A DNA stretch of 32,000 nucleotides, from the NCBI RefSeq assembly GCF_001017655.1, contig NZ_CP010904.1, positions 210,001-242,000 of the forward strand, in the 5' to 3' direction. Shown in pieces: positions 1 through 9,562 of this stretch. The position numbers and the translations under genes were made by a program. The notes below the pieces were generated by a model. That model saw nothing but the letters and a program-made list of their open reading frames with translations, ran no database searches and was not told where the DNA came from. Source of the stretch: Kiritimatiella glycovorans. GTDB lineage: Bacteria; Verrucomicrobiota; Kiritimatiellia; Kiritimatiellales; Kiritimatiellaceae. Numbering within the stretch: the first letter of the stretch is position 1; every line of letters begins with the position of its first letter.

Positions 1-1
1 A

Positions 2-496
2 CGGGTGGGCGAGGATACGCTGCTGTGCGCCCGCCTCTACCGGGCGGGGTATGCCATCCGCGCCCACGCCGGGGCGGCGGTGGAACACGTACACCGCGAA
101 GACCTGCGTTCTTTTGTGAAACAGGCCGAAGCCTACGGGGAGTCGCACCCGTACATCGTCAGAAACCTCCTCCCGCCGGGTGTGCTCGTGGAACCTCCGG
201 TTGGCCGGACGCTGCATCTGCGCGTCCCGCTGCACGTGTGGATCGATCTGCGGCAGGCGGACAAGAAGATGCTGGGGGCGGTGCTCGCGGCCGTCCTCCT
301 GCCCCCGCTCTGGTTTCTCCCCTTCGTCTATTTCATGTGGCTGTGCCGCTTTGTCCTGCGCAAAATGGAGGTGCGGGATATCCTCGTCGCCCCGCGCACG
401 ATCCCCGTAATCGCGGGACTGCTGCTGCTGAAATCCGGCGCCGTCACGGCGGCCAGAATAAAGACCAGTATCCGTTACCGATGCCTGGTGATCTGA
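2..496 (+). CDS. Glycosyltransferase family 2, C-terminal fragment (5' end lies outside the window) with hydrophobic C-terminal segments
   Basis: The frame is open from the window edge to TGA at 494-496. GEDTLLCARLYRAGY resembles the conserved (G)ED..L..R....G segment that follows the GT2 catalytic core. Hydrophobic helices follow (LGAVLAAVLLPPLWFLPFVYFMWLC). It sits 3 nt upstream of the next GT gene. Confidence 0.6.
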   Translation, partial: RVGEDTLLCARLYRAGYAIRAHAGAAVEHVHREDLRSFVKQAEAYGESHPYIVRNLLPPGVLVEPPVGRTLHLRVPLHVWIDLRQADKKMLGAVLAAVLLPPLWFLPFVYFMWLCRFVLRKMEVRDILVAPRTIPVIAGLLLLKSGAVTAARIKTSIRYRCLVI

Positions 497-499
497 GAG

Positions 500-1591
500 A
501 TGGCTATGCACACGCCGCGCACGATCGCGTTCTGGGATGACCCGCTCGACCCGCCCGGCGGGGGGCAGTTCAGTCTGCTGACCCTCCTCACCCACCTCGA
601 CCGGGATCGTTACCGCCCCGAGGTCCACCTGTTCGGCGGTCCCTCGTTCCGGGCACTGCTCGCGCGTGAGGGGATCGAAGCCCGCAGGACGGGGCTGCTG
701 AAGAGCGTGTTTTACCTGTTTCGCCGTCGCCCGGACCTGGTGCACTGCAATATCGCCACCTCGCGCCGTGCGTGGATCCTCGCCCTGAGCGCCCGTCTGG
801 CCGGTGTGCCGTTTGTGTGGCACGTGCGCATCATCGATTCCGCGGGGTGGAAAGACCGCTGGATGGCGCGTCTGGCCGACCGTATTGTCGTGATTTCGGA
901 GGCGGTACGCGCGCGATTCGCGGCCGAGCGGGACAAAACGGTCAGGATCTATAACGGCGTGGACATGGAGCGCTTCGCGCGGGTCGAGGCGGAATACGCG
1001 GCGGAGGAGGGTGGCGCGGAACGGGGGTTCCGCATCGGGGTATTTTCGCGGCTGGACCCGTGGAAAGGGCATGAATTGTTCCTCGACGCCCTGCTGAAGC
1101 TGGGCGAGGCGGGGCCGCCGGTCGAGGTCTGGATCGCGGGGGAGGGCGATCCCCGCTATCGGGCGCGACTCGAAGACACGGTTCGGCGGCACGGACTGAC
1201 GGACCGGGTCCGGTTTCTCGGGCATCGCGAGGACGTTCCCGCGTTGATGCGGCAGTGCGATGCGGTGGTCAACCCGTCGATCCGCCCCGAGCCGTTCGGC
1301 CGCACGCTGATCGAGGCGATGGCCTCCGGCGCGGCGGTGGTCGCCACCGCGCGCGGGGGGGCGCGGGAGGTGATCGACCCTGAGAAGGACGGGATGCTGG
1401 TGGAACCCGAGCCCGGTGCGCTGGCGGCCGCGCTGGAGCGCCTCCGGCATGACCGGTCCATGCGAAGCCGGCTGGCCGCGAACGCGTGGAACAAATGCGC
1501 GCAACAGTTCAGCGCGGAGGCGCACGCCCGCCGCGTGATGGATCTCTACGCGGAGATGTGCGGAGACTCCGCAACGGAGGCGGTACGATGA
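500..1591 (+). CDS. Glycosyltransferase family 4 (GT-B fold, RfaG/WcaL-like)
   Basis: 363 aa ORF. C-terminal GT4/GT1 signature: EPFGRTLIEAMASGAAVVATARGGAREVI...DGMLVEP (E-x7-E region). Its stop TGA (1589-1591) overlaps the ATG (1588-1590) of the next gene. Confidence 0.9.
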   Translation: MAMHTPRTIAFWDDPLDPPGGGQFSLLTLLTHLDRDRYRPEVHLFGGPSFRALLAREGIEARRTGLLKSVFYLFRRRPDLVHCNIATSRRAWILALSARLAGVPFVWHVRIIDSAGWKDRWMARLADRIVVISEAVRARFAAERDKTVRIYNGVDMERFARVEAEYAAEEGGAERGFRIGVFSRLDPWKGHELFLDALLKLGEAGPPVEVWIAGEGDPRYRARLEDTVRRHGLTDRVRFLGHREDVPALMRQCDAVVNPSIRPEPFGRTLIEAMASGAAVVATARGGAREVIDPEKDGMLVEPEPGALAAALERLRHDRSMRSRLAANAWNKCAQQFSAEAHARRVMDLYAEMCGDSATEAVR

Positions 1592-3174
1592 TGAACCCTG
1601 AACCCACGGGTACCGGGCGTCTTTTGCGGGCATCGCATGCCGGGGCCGCTCTCCTTCTCGCTGCGCTGCTCTTCCTGCTGGGCCGCGCCAACCTGTTCGA
1701 GGTCAATCCCGACGCCGTCTCGTACATGCGCATCGCGCGGTACTGGCTGGAAGGCCGCACCGGTCTGGCCGTCAACGGCTACTGGGGTCCGCTGCTGAGC
1801 TGGCTGATGGTCCCGTGGATGGCCTGGACGGGGTCGCCGCTCGTCTCGGCGCGTATGGCCCTGGCGGTTTCGGCCGCACTGCTCTACGGGGCGGGTCTGT
1901 TCTGGATGCGGGTCATGGAGCTGCCCGCGGGCGTACGCGCGGCGGCCGCCTGGCCGCTGGCGATATTCTGCGGCGCGTGGTCGGTCAGGCTGATCACGCC
2001 CGACCCCCTGATGGCCGCGCTCTTCCTGGCGGGCGCCGGTCTCGATGTGCGGGCGGCGCGGACGGGAAAGATGCTCCACGCGGCCTTCGCCGGAGTTTTC
2101 TTCGGACTGGCCTACATGGCGAAGGCCGTGGCCCTGCCCGCCGCGGCCCTGTGGGTGCTGCTGCACGGGGCGTATCGCGTATGGGCCTCCCGCGGGCGGT
2201 GGCGTGAACCCGTCCTGCGCGGTGCGGCGGCCGCGGCGCTCACGGCGTCCGTTTCGCTGCCATGGATCGCGGCCGTCTCCGCCGACGCCGGCCAGATCTC
2301 GTTCTCCGCCAGCGGGGGGATCAATCACGCGATCGCCGGTCCTCCCGACGTGGAGCGCTATCATCCCACGTTCCGCGAGTTCCACGTCCCCGAAGAGGGG
2401 CGGATCACCTCCTGGGAGGATCCGACGGCGATGTCGTATCCGCGATGGAGCCCGCTGGAGCGGATGGACTATCTCCGGCACCAGCTCAAGATCCCGTACT
2501 GGAACGCGAACCATATCCTCCATAACTGGACGGCTTTCGACTGGCTGTATCTGACGCCGGGCATCCTGCTGATCGCCCTGTGCGTCTTTGCGGCGGGCCG
2601 GCCGGAGATGCGGGAGGTGGTGTGCGTGAGTCTGATCGCCGCGGCGGCGAACAGCGTGTTCTATCTCCCCGTGTACGCCGCGGACCTCCGCTATTACCTC
2701 GTGACCCACGCGGTCCTGTTCGCGGCGGGGCCGGCGGTGGCGGTGCGTCTGCCTTCCATCGCTCCCCGAGTGCGCCTCGGCGTGCTCGTGCTGCTCCTGC
2801 TGAATTTCGCGGTGCCCGCCGCGGATTTCCTCGCGGAGCAGGCGGGCGTCGAGCATCCGGAATATCTCGCGGCCCGGAAACTGGCCGCGGGCGTGAGGGA
2901 GCGGGGACTGGACGTCGAGGCGGTGGCGGGCGTAGACGATCCCCTGGCCGTGGCGCTCTACCTTGCCTTTCAGCTCGACGTGCCGTACTACGGCAATACA
3001 CGGGAGGTGCCGGAGCGGGAGGTTCTGAACGCGCATCCCTGTGCACTGGTGGTCCCGGAGCGGGAGGCCGCGGCGCTCGAGGGCTTCCGTGTATGGTTCC
3101 GGGGCGGCGGCTACCGGCTGCTGACCTCGCGGAACGGAGAGGGATCACCGCATAACGCGGGAGTGAGCCAATGA
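1588..3174 (+). CDS. Polytopic membrane glycosyltransferase, GT-C fold (ArnT/PMT, GT39/GT83-like)
   Basis: Many predicted TM helices. The first loop motif NPDAVSYMRIARYWLEG resembles the D/E-x-x-Y-x-x-x-A loop of ArnT/PMT-type enzymes. The C-terminal third looks soluble. Start chosen at ATG 1588 (MMNPEP...) because of the ATGA overlap with the upstream stop; the track ORF start at 1486 lies inside the GT4 gene. Confidence 0.6.
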   Translation: MMNPEPTGTGRLLRASHAGAALLLAALLFLLGRANLFEVNPDAVSYMRIARYWLEGRTGLAVNGYWGPLLSWLMVPWMAWTGSPLVSARMALAVSAALLYGAGLFWMRVMELPAGVRAAAAWPLAIFCGAWSVRLITPDPLMAALFLAGAGLDVRAARTGKMLHAAFAGVFFGLAYMAKAVALPAAALWVLLHGAYRVWASRGRWREPVLRGAAAAALTASVSLPWIAAVSADAGQISFSASGGINHAIAGPPDVERYHPTFREFHVPEEGRITSWEDPTAMSYPRWSPLERMDYLRHQLKIPYWNANHILHNWTAFDWLYLTPGILLIALCVFAAGRPEMREVVCVSLIAAAANSVFYLPVYAADLRYYLVTHAVLFAAGPAVAVRLPSIAPRVRLGVLVLLLLNFAVPAADFLAEQAGVEHPEYLAARKLAAGVRERGLDVEAVAGVDDPLAVALYLAFQLDVPYYGNTREVPEREVLNAHPCALVVPEREAAALEGFRVWFRGGGYRLLTSRNGEGSPHNAGVSQ

Positions 3175-4358
3175 CGGAAGCCGAAAAGAAGGATCTCGAA
3201 CTGACCATCCTCATGCCTTGTCTCAACGAGGCCGAGACGATCGGGACCTGCGTCCGCAAAGCGGTGCGGTACCTCCGGGAGTCGGGCCTGAAGGGCGAGG
3301 TGCTCGTGTCGGACAACGGGAGCGGGGACGGCAGTCCGGAACAGGCCGCGGAGGCCGGGGCGCGGGTGATCCGGGCGGACCGGCGCGGGTACGGCTACGC
3401 GCTGCGCGCCGGCATCCTCGCGGCCCGCGGACGGTTTATCATCATGGGCGACGCGGACGACAGTTACGATTTCTCGGCGCTGGACGCCTTTGTGCACCAA
3501 CTCCGCGCCGGGTACGACGTCGTCGTCGGCAACCGTTTCCGGGGCGGGATCGAGCGGCGGGCCATGCCTCTGCTCCACCGGTATCTGGGCAACCCCGTAC
3601 TCTCGTTTCTCGGCCGGCTGTTCTTCAGGTGCCGGATCCGCGACTTTCACTGCGGCCTGCGGGGCTTCCGGCGCGATGCGGTCGATCGTCTCGATCTCCA
3701 GACCACCGGGATGGAGTTCGCGTCGGAACTGATCGTGAAGGCTGCTCTGGCCGGCCTGTCCATCGCCGAGGTGCCCACGACCCTGTCGCGGGACGGGCGC
3801 TCCGGGAGGCCGCACCTGCGAAGCTGGCGCGACGGCTGGCGCCATCTGCGTTTTCTGCTGATGTTCGCCCCCAACTGGCTGTTTCTGGTCCCGGGCTCCC
3901 TGCTGTGCGTTGCGGGACTCCTGATCTTTGCACTGGTGCTGCCCGCACCCCTCGTGGTGGGGGACGTCATGTTCGACGTCCACACGCTGGTGATAGGCAT
4001 GGGGGCGCTGCTCGCCGGAAGCGAGGTCCTGATCTTCTTCTGGCTGGCGAGGCAGTACATGACCAGGGTGGGACTGCTGACCGCGCGGCCGCGGCGCAGC
4101 CGTCTGCGACCGGACTGGGAACAGGTCCTTTTGTGCGGACTCCTGCTCGCCGCGGCGGGCGCGGTCGTGATGGCATACGCCGTCTGCCGGTGGGGGATGG
4201 CCTCGTTCGGCGATTTGAATTACACGTGGATGATGCGACTGGTCATCCCGGGCGTCTCCATGTTTTCGCTCGGCATCCAGGTCGCCACCGGGGCCTTTCT
4301 ATCGGGGGTGATCCACCTGAAGACGGGACGGATCGACACGGAAGGGGCCTCGCCCTGA
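3171..4358 (+). CDS. Glycosyltransferase family 2 with C-terminal TM helices (GtrB/ArnC/DPM1-like polyprenyl-phosphate glycosyltransferase)
   Basis: LTILMPCLNEAETIG..., VSDNGSGDGS, GYGYALRAG and IIMGDADDSYDF (DxD) form a typical GT-A/GT2 core. Four hydrophobic helices follow in the last ~170 aa. ATG 3171-3173 overlaps the upstream TGA 3172-3174. Confidence 0.85.
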   Translation: MTEAEKKDLELTILMPCLNEAETIGTCVRKAVRYLRESGLKGEVLVSDNGSGDGSPEQAAEAGARVIRADRRGYGYALRAGILAARGRFIIMGDADDSYDFSALDAFVHQLRAGYDVVVGNRFRGGIERRAMPLLHRYLGNPVLSFLGRLFFRCRIRDFHCGLRGFRRDAVDRLDLQTTGMEFASELIVKAALAGLSIAEVPTTLSRDGRSGRPHLRSWRDGWRHLRFLLMFAPNWLFLVPGSLLCVAGLLIFALVLPAPLVVGDVMFDVHTLVIGMGALLAGSEVLIFFWLARQYMTRVGLLTARPRRSRLRPDWEQVLLCGLLLAAAGAVVMAYAVCRWGMASFGDLNYTWMMRLVIPGVSMFSLGIQVATGAFLSGVIHLKTGRIDTEGASP

Positions 4359-4393
4359 TATCGTACTCGTACTGAACCCGTGCGTGAAGGTAG

Positions 4394-4414
4394 GGACGGA
4401 CCTCCGGGCCGTCC
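4394..4414. terminator. Hairpin between convergent GT2 (+) and GT4 (-) genes; possible bidirectional terminator
   Basis: GGACGGACC-tcc-GGGCCGTCC: 9 bp stem with one mismatch and a 3 nt loop. It lies in the lower-GC 168 bp gap between two convergent stops. No clear U-tract on either strand. Confidence 0.3.
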
Positions 4415-4526
4415 GCATCGGACCACTAAAAATCCCGTAGAGCCACTTTGCCTGTGCTATTCACATTCCTCTTGGCGATCTTTGCGCCTATTTCGTGTTT
4501 CGTGGTGGCTCCCCTCACGTTTCTCT

Positions 4527-5732
4527 TCAAAAACGAGATGCCAGCAGCGTCTCGATCTTTTTCGCGTGAATCTCCCAGTCGTAGTGCGTTGCGGCGTAGT
4601 CCCGGCAGCGGCGTTTCAGTTCGGTCCAGCGCTCCGGGTCGCGGCGCATCTCGCGGCAGGTCCCGGCGATCTTCTCCGCCATGGCCGCCGGCGTGCGGTT
4701 ACGGAAGAGCAGGTCGGGGTCCAGTCCTGCGAGGATCTCGCGGGTCCCTCCCACCGGTGTGCCCAGCACCGGCACGCCGCATGAAAGCGACTCCACGGTC
4801 ACCAGCCCGAACCCCTCCATGTCGAGCGTGGGCAGGACGAACAGGTCGGCCGCGCGGTAGTAATCGGGCAGAAGGTCTTCGGAGATAAAGCCCGTGAAGC
4901 GGAGTCCGTCGTCCAGTCCGAGTCGCGCGGAGAGGGCGGCGAGTTCGGAGGCGAGCGGGCCGGAGCCGCCGACGACGAGGAACAGGTCCGGCACGGCGGC
5001 GCGGGCTTCGGCCACGGCCCGGAGCAGGTTTTCCAGCCCCATGCGCGGTTCGAGATTGCGTACCGTGAACAGGACGGTGCGGTCGGCCGGCAGCCCGAGC
5101 CTGTGTCTCAGTCCGGCGGGGTTCGGGGACGGCGTGAACGTTCCGGTATCGACGCCGCCGGGGATAATCTCGACGCGTTCGGGCGGCACCCTGTGCCGTT
5201 CGCGCAGTTTCGAGCGCGTGTAGTCGCTGAGGACGCAGATCCGTTCCGCACGGCGGAGGGCGTACCGTTCGAGGCGCCGCAGCGCCTCGATATGGGCGGA
5301 CCGTACGAGGGCTCGCGGGCCGGCCGGCCGATTGTGGAGCATGGCGTATTCTTCGAAGGCGAGCGAGTGGCAGACGTAGAGGTTGCGGAGGTCGCGGCTT
5401 TCCGGTGCGGAGAGCACCGCGGCGGCCGCGAAGGGCTGGTGAAACACGAGGGCGTCGAACGGGGTTTCCCGGTGGAGGCGGCGGAACAGCGCGCGCCCGC
5501 GGCGGATTGAACTGACCAGGAAGCGGGCGGCGCTGCGGCGGTCGACTTCGTAGCGGTGCTCGCGAAAGGCCCCGATATCGGCGCAGTCCGTGTCGTGTTC
5601 CGGAAGGCGGCGGGTTAGATGCACGACATGGTGACCGCGTGCGCACAGCCGGTCGAGCTGCTCGCGGATCACGCGTTCCGCGCCGCTGGCCACCGTGTTC
5701 ATGGAGACGTCCGAGGCGAGGAGGATATTCAT
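4527..5732 (-). CDS. Glycosyltransferase family 4
   Basis: 401 aa. ILLASDV... N-terminal GT-B half. C-terminal EGFGLVTVESLSCGVPVLGTPVGGTREIL is the GT4 E-x7-E region. Last gene of the long minus-strand string. Confidence 0.9.
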   Translation of the reverse strand: MNILLASDVSMNTVASGAERVIREQLDRLCARGHHVVHLTRRLPEHDTDCADIGAFREHRYEVDRRSAARFLVSSIRRGRALFRRLHRETPFDALVFHQPFAAAAVLSAPESRDLRNLYVCHSLAFEEYAMLHNRPAGPRALVRSAHIEALRRLERYALRRAERICVLSDYTRSKLRERHRVPPERVEIIPGGVDTGTFTPSPNPAGLRHRLGLPADRTVLFTVRNLEPRMGLENLLRAVAEARAAVPDLFLVVGGSGPLASELAALSARLGLDDGLRFTGFISEDLLPDYYRAADLFVLPTLDMEGFGLVTVESLSCGVPVLGTPVGGTREILAGLDPDLLFRNRTPAAMAEKIAGTCREMRRDPERWTELKRRCRDYAATHYDWEIHAKKIETLLASRF

Positions 5733-5776
5733 GAGGCCGTTCCGTTTCGCATGCCGTCCGGGGTGTAGCCGTGTCG

Positions 5777-7204
5777 TTACAGGGGTGCACCGAAGCCGTA
5801 CTCATCGGGCATCTCTCCGGAGGGTTCCGGTTCCCCTTCGAACCTCGGAATGAGGAGCACCAGTCCGGCCAGGAGCCAGAACGTCTCCGAGATGCGGATG
5901 ATGATGAACGTGTTGGCAGTCAGGCCGTGGGCGATCATCGCGACCGTCCCGCAGAGGATGCCGAGGGCCGCGCCTTTGAGTAATCGGTCTTCCGCCCGCG
6001 TATAGACATCCCGCAGGGCGGTGAAGAGCCGGAAAAAGATGATCACGAAGGCGGTGAAGCCGAGGGCGCCCGTCTCCGCGAGCACCCGGACGAACTGTCC
6101 GTCGATGAAATGCGTCCCCGTCACGCCGCGGCCGAAGATCGGGTTGCGCAGCCACTCCCGCACTCCTTTCCGGTAGGAGATGATGCGTTCCGAGGCGGAG
6201 GGGTCGAGTTCGACCCCCAGCATTTCCACACGTGCGGTCCACGGTTTGGGGTCGCCTTCGAATGTCCCTCCGATGCGCTCCTGGATGTCCTCGGGCAGGA
6301 TCGCGTAGCCGCCGATCATCAGCGCCAGGAGGATGAGCCCCACCGTGACCAGGAACCCGCGCCGGTGGGAGAAGGCGGCGAAGGCGAAATAAGCCGCGAT
6401 GAAGCCCAGGTAGGACGCGCGGGACTTCGTATAGAGAAAGGGGACGAAGGTGAGGGCGACCAGTCCCAGCAGAGTGAGGCGGAGCGGCTGGCTGGGGGTC
6501 CACAGCGCGACCCCGGTGGTCAGGCACATCATGAGCAGCAGATAGCCGCCGAACGTATTCGGCTCCCCCACGTCGAACGGTGCGAACAGGCGTTCTTCCG
6601 CGCCGAGCTGCGACCATCCGTACAGGACGGCGGAGAAGTACACCAGGATCGAGAGAAAGAAGAGTTTTTTCGCGTCCCCGATGTCCCGCACGGAGGCCAG
6701 CACCATGAAGAAGAGCAGGAAGTACTGGAAGTATTTAAGCGAGTAGAAGAAACCGGAGCGCGGCACTACGTTGCCGCGGAGGATGCCGAGCAGGGTGGCG
6801 ACGGTGAACGCCGCCACGTAGGCCGCGATCGGTCCGTTGGCCGGGGTGTGGATGATCGGGTGGCGTCCGGTGATGAACGAACGCATCAGCCAGCCGAGCA
6901 CGAGAATCACCAGGGCGATATCCTCCACGCGGATCATCAGCGCCCGTTCCGCCTCCGTGCGCCATTCGCCCGCCGTGCCGAACTCCGGGCTCCAGATGAT
7001 CATGACCACGATCACGTACAGGGCGACCTGCGGGTTCACGAACGAGAGTACGAAGAAGATGATGGCGAAGGTGCCGGCGATGACGATCAGGCCCGTTTCG
7101 CCCATGGCGCCCCAGATGGCCAGCGCGATCGCGGCCAGCGTCAGGACGAAGGCCAGGAAATAGTTTCGGTCGCGGCGGTTGGAGAGTTCAGGTATGGCTG
7201 GCAT
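5777..7204 (-). CDS. O-antigen ligase / Wzy-like polysaccharide polymerase family membrane protein
   Basis: 475 aa and about 10-12 hydrophobic helices, with a larger loop in the C-terminal half (typical of the Wzy_C/O-antigen ligase family). Sits between the Wzc-like gene and a GT4. Its start overlaps the Wzc stop by 17 nt. Confidence 0.7.
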   Translation of the reverse strand: MPAIPELSNRRDRNYFLAFVLTLAAIALAIWGAMGETGLIVIAGTFAIIFFVLSFVNPQVALYVIVVMIIWSPEFGTAGEWRTEAERALMIRVEDIALVILVLGWLMRSFITGRHPIIHTPANGPIAAYVAAFTVATLLGILRGNVVPRSGFFYSLKYFQYFLLFFMVLASVRDIGDAKKLFFLSILVYFSAVLYGWSQLGAEERLFAPFDVGEPNTFGGYLLLMMCLTTGVALWTPSQPLRLTLLGLVALTFVPFLYTKSRASYLGFIAAYFAFAAFSHRRGFLVTVGLILLALMIGGYAILPEDIQERIGGTFEGDPKPWTARVEMLGVELDPSASERIISYRKGVREWLRNPIFGRGVTGTHFIDGQFVRVLAETGALGFTAFVIIFFRLFTALRDVYTRAEDRLLKGAALGILCGTVAMIAHGLTANTFIIIRISETFWLLAGLVLLIPRFEGEPEPSGEMPDEYGFGAPL

Positions 7205-9482
7205 GGTTGCGTTCCCACGGCATCCGTGACTGCCCGTCGCGCCCGTAATAGAAACGGTACTGGAAGAACTCTCCGCCCGCCGCCCAGTCCGCCTGCAGGT
7301 CGTTCAGGACCAGACCCGCCAGATGCGCATCCGTCTGGCGGAAGCTCACGATGGCGCGCCGCATCGATTCGCGCGTCGTCTGACCGAGCTGGTAGACGAG
7401 TATGACGGCGTCCGCGAGCCTTCCCAGAATCACGCTGTCGGGTACGGGCAGGACGGGGGGGGAGTCGATCAGGATGTAATCGTACTGCTCGCGCGCATCG
7501 TTGAGAAACCCGACCATCTTCTCGTTTGCCAGCCATTCCGAGGGCTGGGCGGCCACGCCCCCGGAGGTGATGACGTTCAGGTTGTCCAGCCCGGGCATCC
7601 CGACCAGGTCCTCAAGGTTCATGTCGCCCACCGCAAAATCGGTCATGTCCTTGACCACGTCCGTCCACTGTTCGTCCCCGAGTAGGAAATCGGAGAGCCC
7701 GCGTTCTTCGCTGATGCCCAGCAGTCGCCCGAAGCTCGGGCGCCGCAGGTTTGCGCCTACGACCAGCACGCGGCGGCCGAGCTGGGCCAGCGCGACGGCG
7801 GTGTTGGTGAGGGTGACGGTCTTGCCTTCGGCCGGGGCCGCGCTCGAGAGCAGGAAGACCTTGGCGCCCGTATTCCGGCTGTAATATTCGAGGTTGGTGC
7901 GGATGGTGCGGAAGGCCTCCGCGCCGGGCGATTTCGGATCGAACTGGGTGATCATCTCGATGCCGTGCGGGCTGCGCACATTGGAATGCGTCGCCATGAT
8001 GTAATCGGCGGCGTTTCGGGACATGCCCAGCAGCGCGCGGCCCGCGCGCAGGAGCCGCGATTTCGGCGCGGTTTCCTGCTCGGTCTCCTGCCCCGGTTCC
8101 GGTTCGCGTTCGATGTGCGGGATCACGCCCATGACGGGGATCTTGAAGAGCTGTTCCACGTTTTCGAGCGTGGCGATGGTCGTGTCCAGGTTTTCGGCGA
8201 CGAAGGCCATGGCGACCCCGAGCACCAGACCGAGGAGAAGACCCGCTACCGTGGTGCGAAGCTGGCCCGCGCGGATCTCGTCGGCGGTCATTGCCGGGCT
8301 CACGACGTATGCGATCTCCGCGCGTTCCAGCTCGGAGATTTTGGCCTCTTCCAGCTTCTGACTGAGGAACGTGTACAGCGTTTCCGAGACATCCTTGCGC
8401 CGAACGTACTTGCGCGATTCACGTTCGAGTTCGGGGATCTGCTGGAGCTGTTCCTTGAACGCGTCGATCTGCTGTTCGATCTTCTGCCGTTTGGCCTGAA
8501 GGCCCGCCCGCTCGTTCTCGAGTTCCTCCATGCGCGTCATCACGATGCGTCGCCGTTCCTCTTCGGCCTCTTTGCGCGCGCTCTGGAGCATGATATCGAA
8601 GAGTTCCATGCGAGGGTGATTGGTGGTGTAGTTACCCGTGCCCATCACTTCGGTGCGGGTCATGTGCAGGTCGAAGATGCGGGTTTTGACCCCGGTCAGG
8701 TAGCGGCTGTCGGGAACCATGCCGGCCGCTTCCATCGGCAGTTGCCCGCCTTCGGGTTGCGTCTTGCCGGTGTAAAGATCCGTCATCACCTTCCACTTGC
8801 GGATGCGGCCCTCGAGCTGGCTGAGTTCGTTTTCGATGCGGATCTTCTGCGAGCGGAGGTTCGAGATCTGCGTCGTGAGGTTATCGCCCTCCGCCTCGAG
8901 ATCCACCACGCCGTATTTCTCGCGAAAATCCTTGAGGGCGCGCTCGTCCGAGTAAAGCTGCGTCATGATCTGGTTGCGCCACTCTTCGATCTGCTCTTTC
9001 ACCTGCCGGGCATTGCGGGTGATGTTCTCCTGGTGGTACTGGATAAAAGTCGTCGAGACCGCGTTGGCGATCTCCATGGCCTCCTGCCCGGACGTCGACT
9101 CCACCCGGATGTCGATCAGGTCGGTGTTTCCGAGGCGCTCGACCTGGATCATCTCCTGCAGGTTCGCGGCGCGGCGGTCGACGTCGGGGTCCTCCGGATA
9201 CATCGAACGGGCGACGCGCTGCATGACTCGGTAGCTGGTGATCTCCTTGAGATAGTTCTCGATGGTATCCACGGGGCGGGCCTGCTGAAGCCGCGACATG
9301 AAATCGGCCAGCGTGCGCTGCCGCTGGATCTTGATCCGGGATTCGGCGCGGAAGATGTTCTCCTGGTTGAACGCGATCAGCACCGTGAAGACGAGGCTGG
9401 CGAGAAACACGACCAGGATGACCCTCCGCCGGCGGTAGAGGATCTGCAGGTAGTCCTTAAGGCTGAGTTCTTCAAACGCCAT
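7188..9482 (-). CDS. Polysaccharide co-polymerase (Wzz/GumC domain) fused to a BY-kinase P-loop ATPase (Wzc/EpsG-like)
   Basis: 764 aa. N-terminal TM (VILVVFLASLVFTVLIAF), a long coiled-coil periplasmic region, then a second TM (VAGLLLGLVLGVAMAFVA). Walker A is SSAAPAEGKTVTLTNTA; Walker A'/B are VLVVGANLRRP and ILIDSPPV. Short Tyr-rich tail: FFQYRFYYG. Confidence 0.9.
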   Translation of the reverse strand: MAFEELSLKDYLQILYRRRRVILVVFLASLVFTVLIAFNQENIFRAESRIKIQRQRTLADFMSRLQQARPVDTIENYLKEITSYRVMQRVARSMYPEDPDVDRRAANLQEMIQVERLGNTDLIDIRVESTSGQEAMEIANAVSTTFIQYHQENITRNARQVKEQIEEWRNQIMTQLYSDERALKDFREKYGVVDLEAEGDNLTTQISNLRSQKIRIENELSQLEGRIRKWKVMTDLYTGKTQPEGGQLPMEAAGMVPDSRYLTGVKTRIFDLHMTRTEVMGTGNYTTNHPRMELFDIMLQSARKEAEEERRRIVMTRMEELENERAGLQAKRQKIEQQIDAFKEQLQQIPELERESRKYVRRKDVSETLYTFLSQKLEEAKISELERAEIAYVVSPAMTADEIRAGQLRTTVAGLLLGLVLGVAMAFVAENLDTTIATLENVEQLFKIPVMGVIPHIEREPEPGQETEQETAPKSRLLRAGRALLGMSRNAADYIMATHSNVRSPHGIEMITQFDPKSPGAEAFRTIRTNLEYYSRNTGAKVFLLSSAAPAEGKTVTLTNTAVALAQLGRRVLVVGANLRRPSFGRLLGISEERGLSDFLLGDEQWTDVVKDMTDFAVGDMNLEDLVGMPGLDNLNVITSGGVAAQPSEWLANEKMVGFLNDAREQYDYILIDSPPVLPVPDSVILGRLADAVILVYQLGQTTRESMRRAIVSFRQTDAHLAGLVLNDLQADWAAGGEFFQYRFYYGRDGQSRMPWERNHASHT

Positions 9483-9562
9483 ACATATGCTCCGGGCGAT
9501 GCGGCCTGCCGCTCCGGCGCATGCACAGACGCGCCTTCGCGGTTATGAATCGCCGTTCAGAA

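Noticed and set aside
1486-1587. Upstream extension of the GT-C membrane protein (track start 1486)
   Set aside because: The extension lies inside the GT4 coding region and encodes an R/G-rich peptide. ATG 1588 gives a normal N-terminus followed by the first TM helix and forms an ATGA junction.
9483-9562. 80 nt gap between the wza-like and wzc-like genes, checked for a terminator or regulatory hairpin
   Set aside because: Only short, imperfect GC pairings were seen, with no U-tract. It is most simply a spacer inside one transcription unit.
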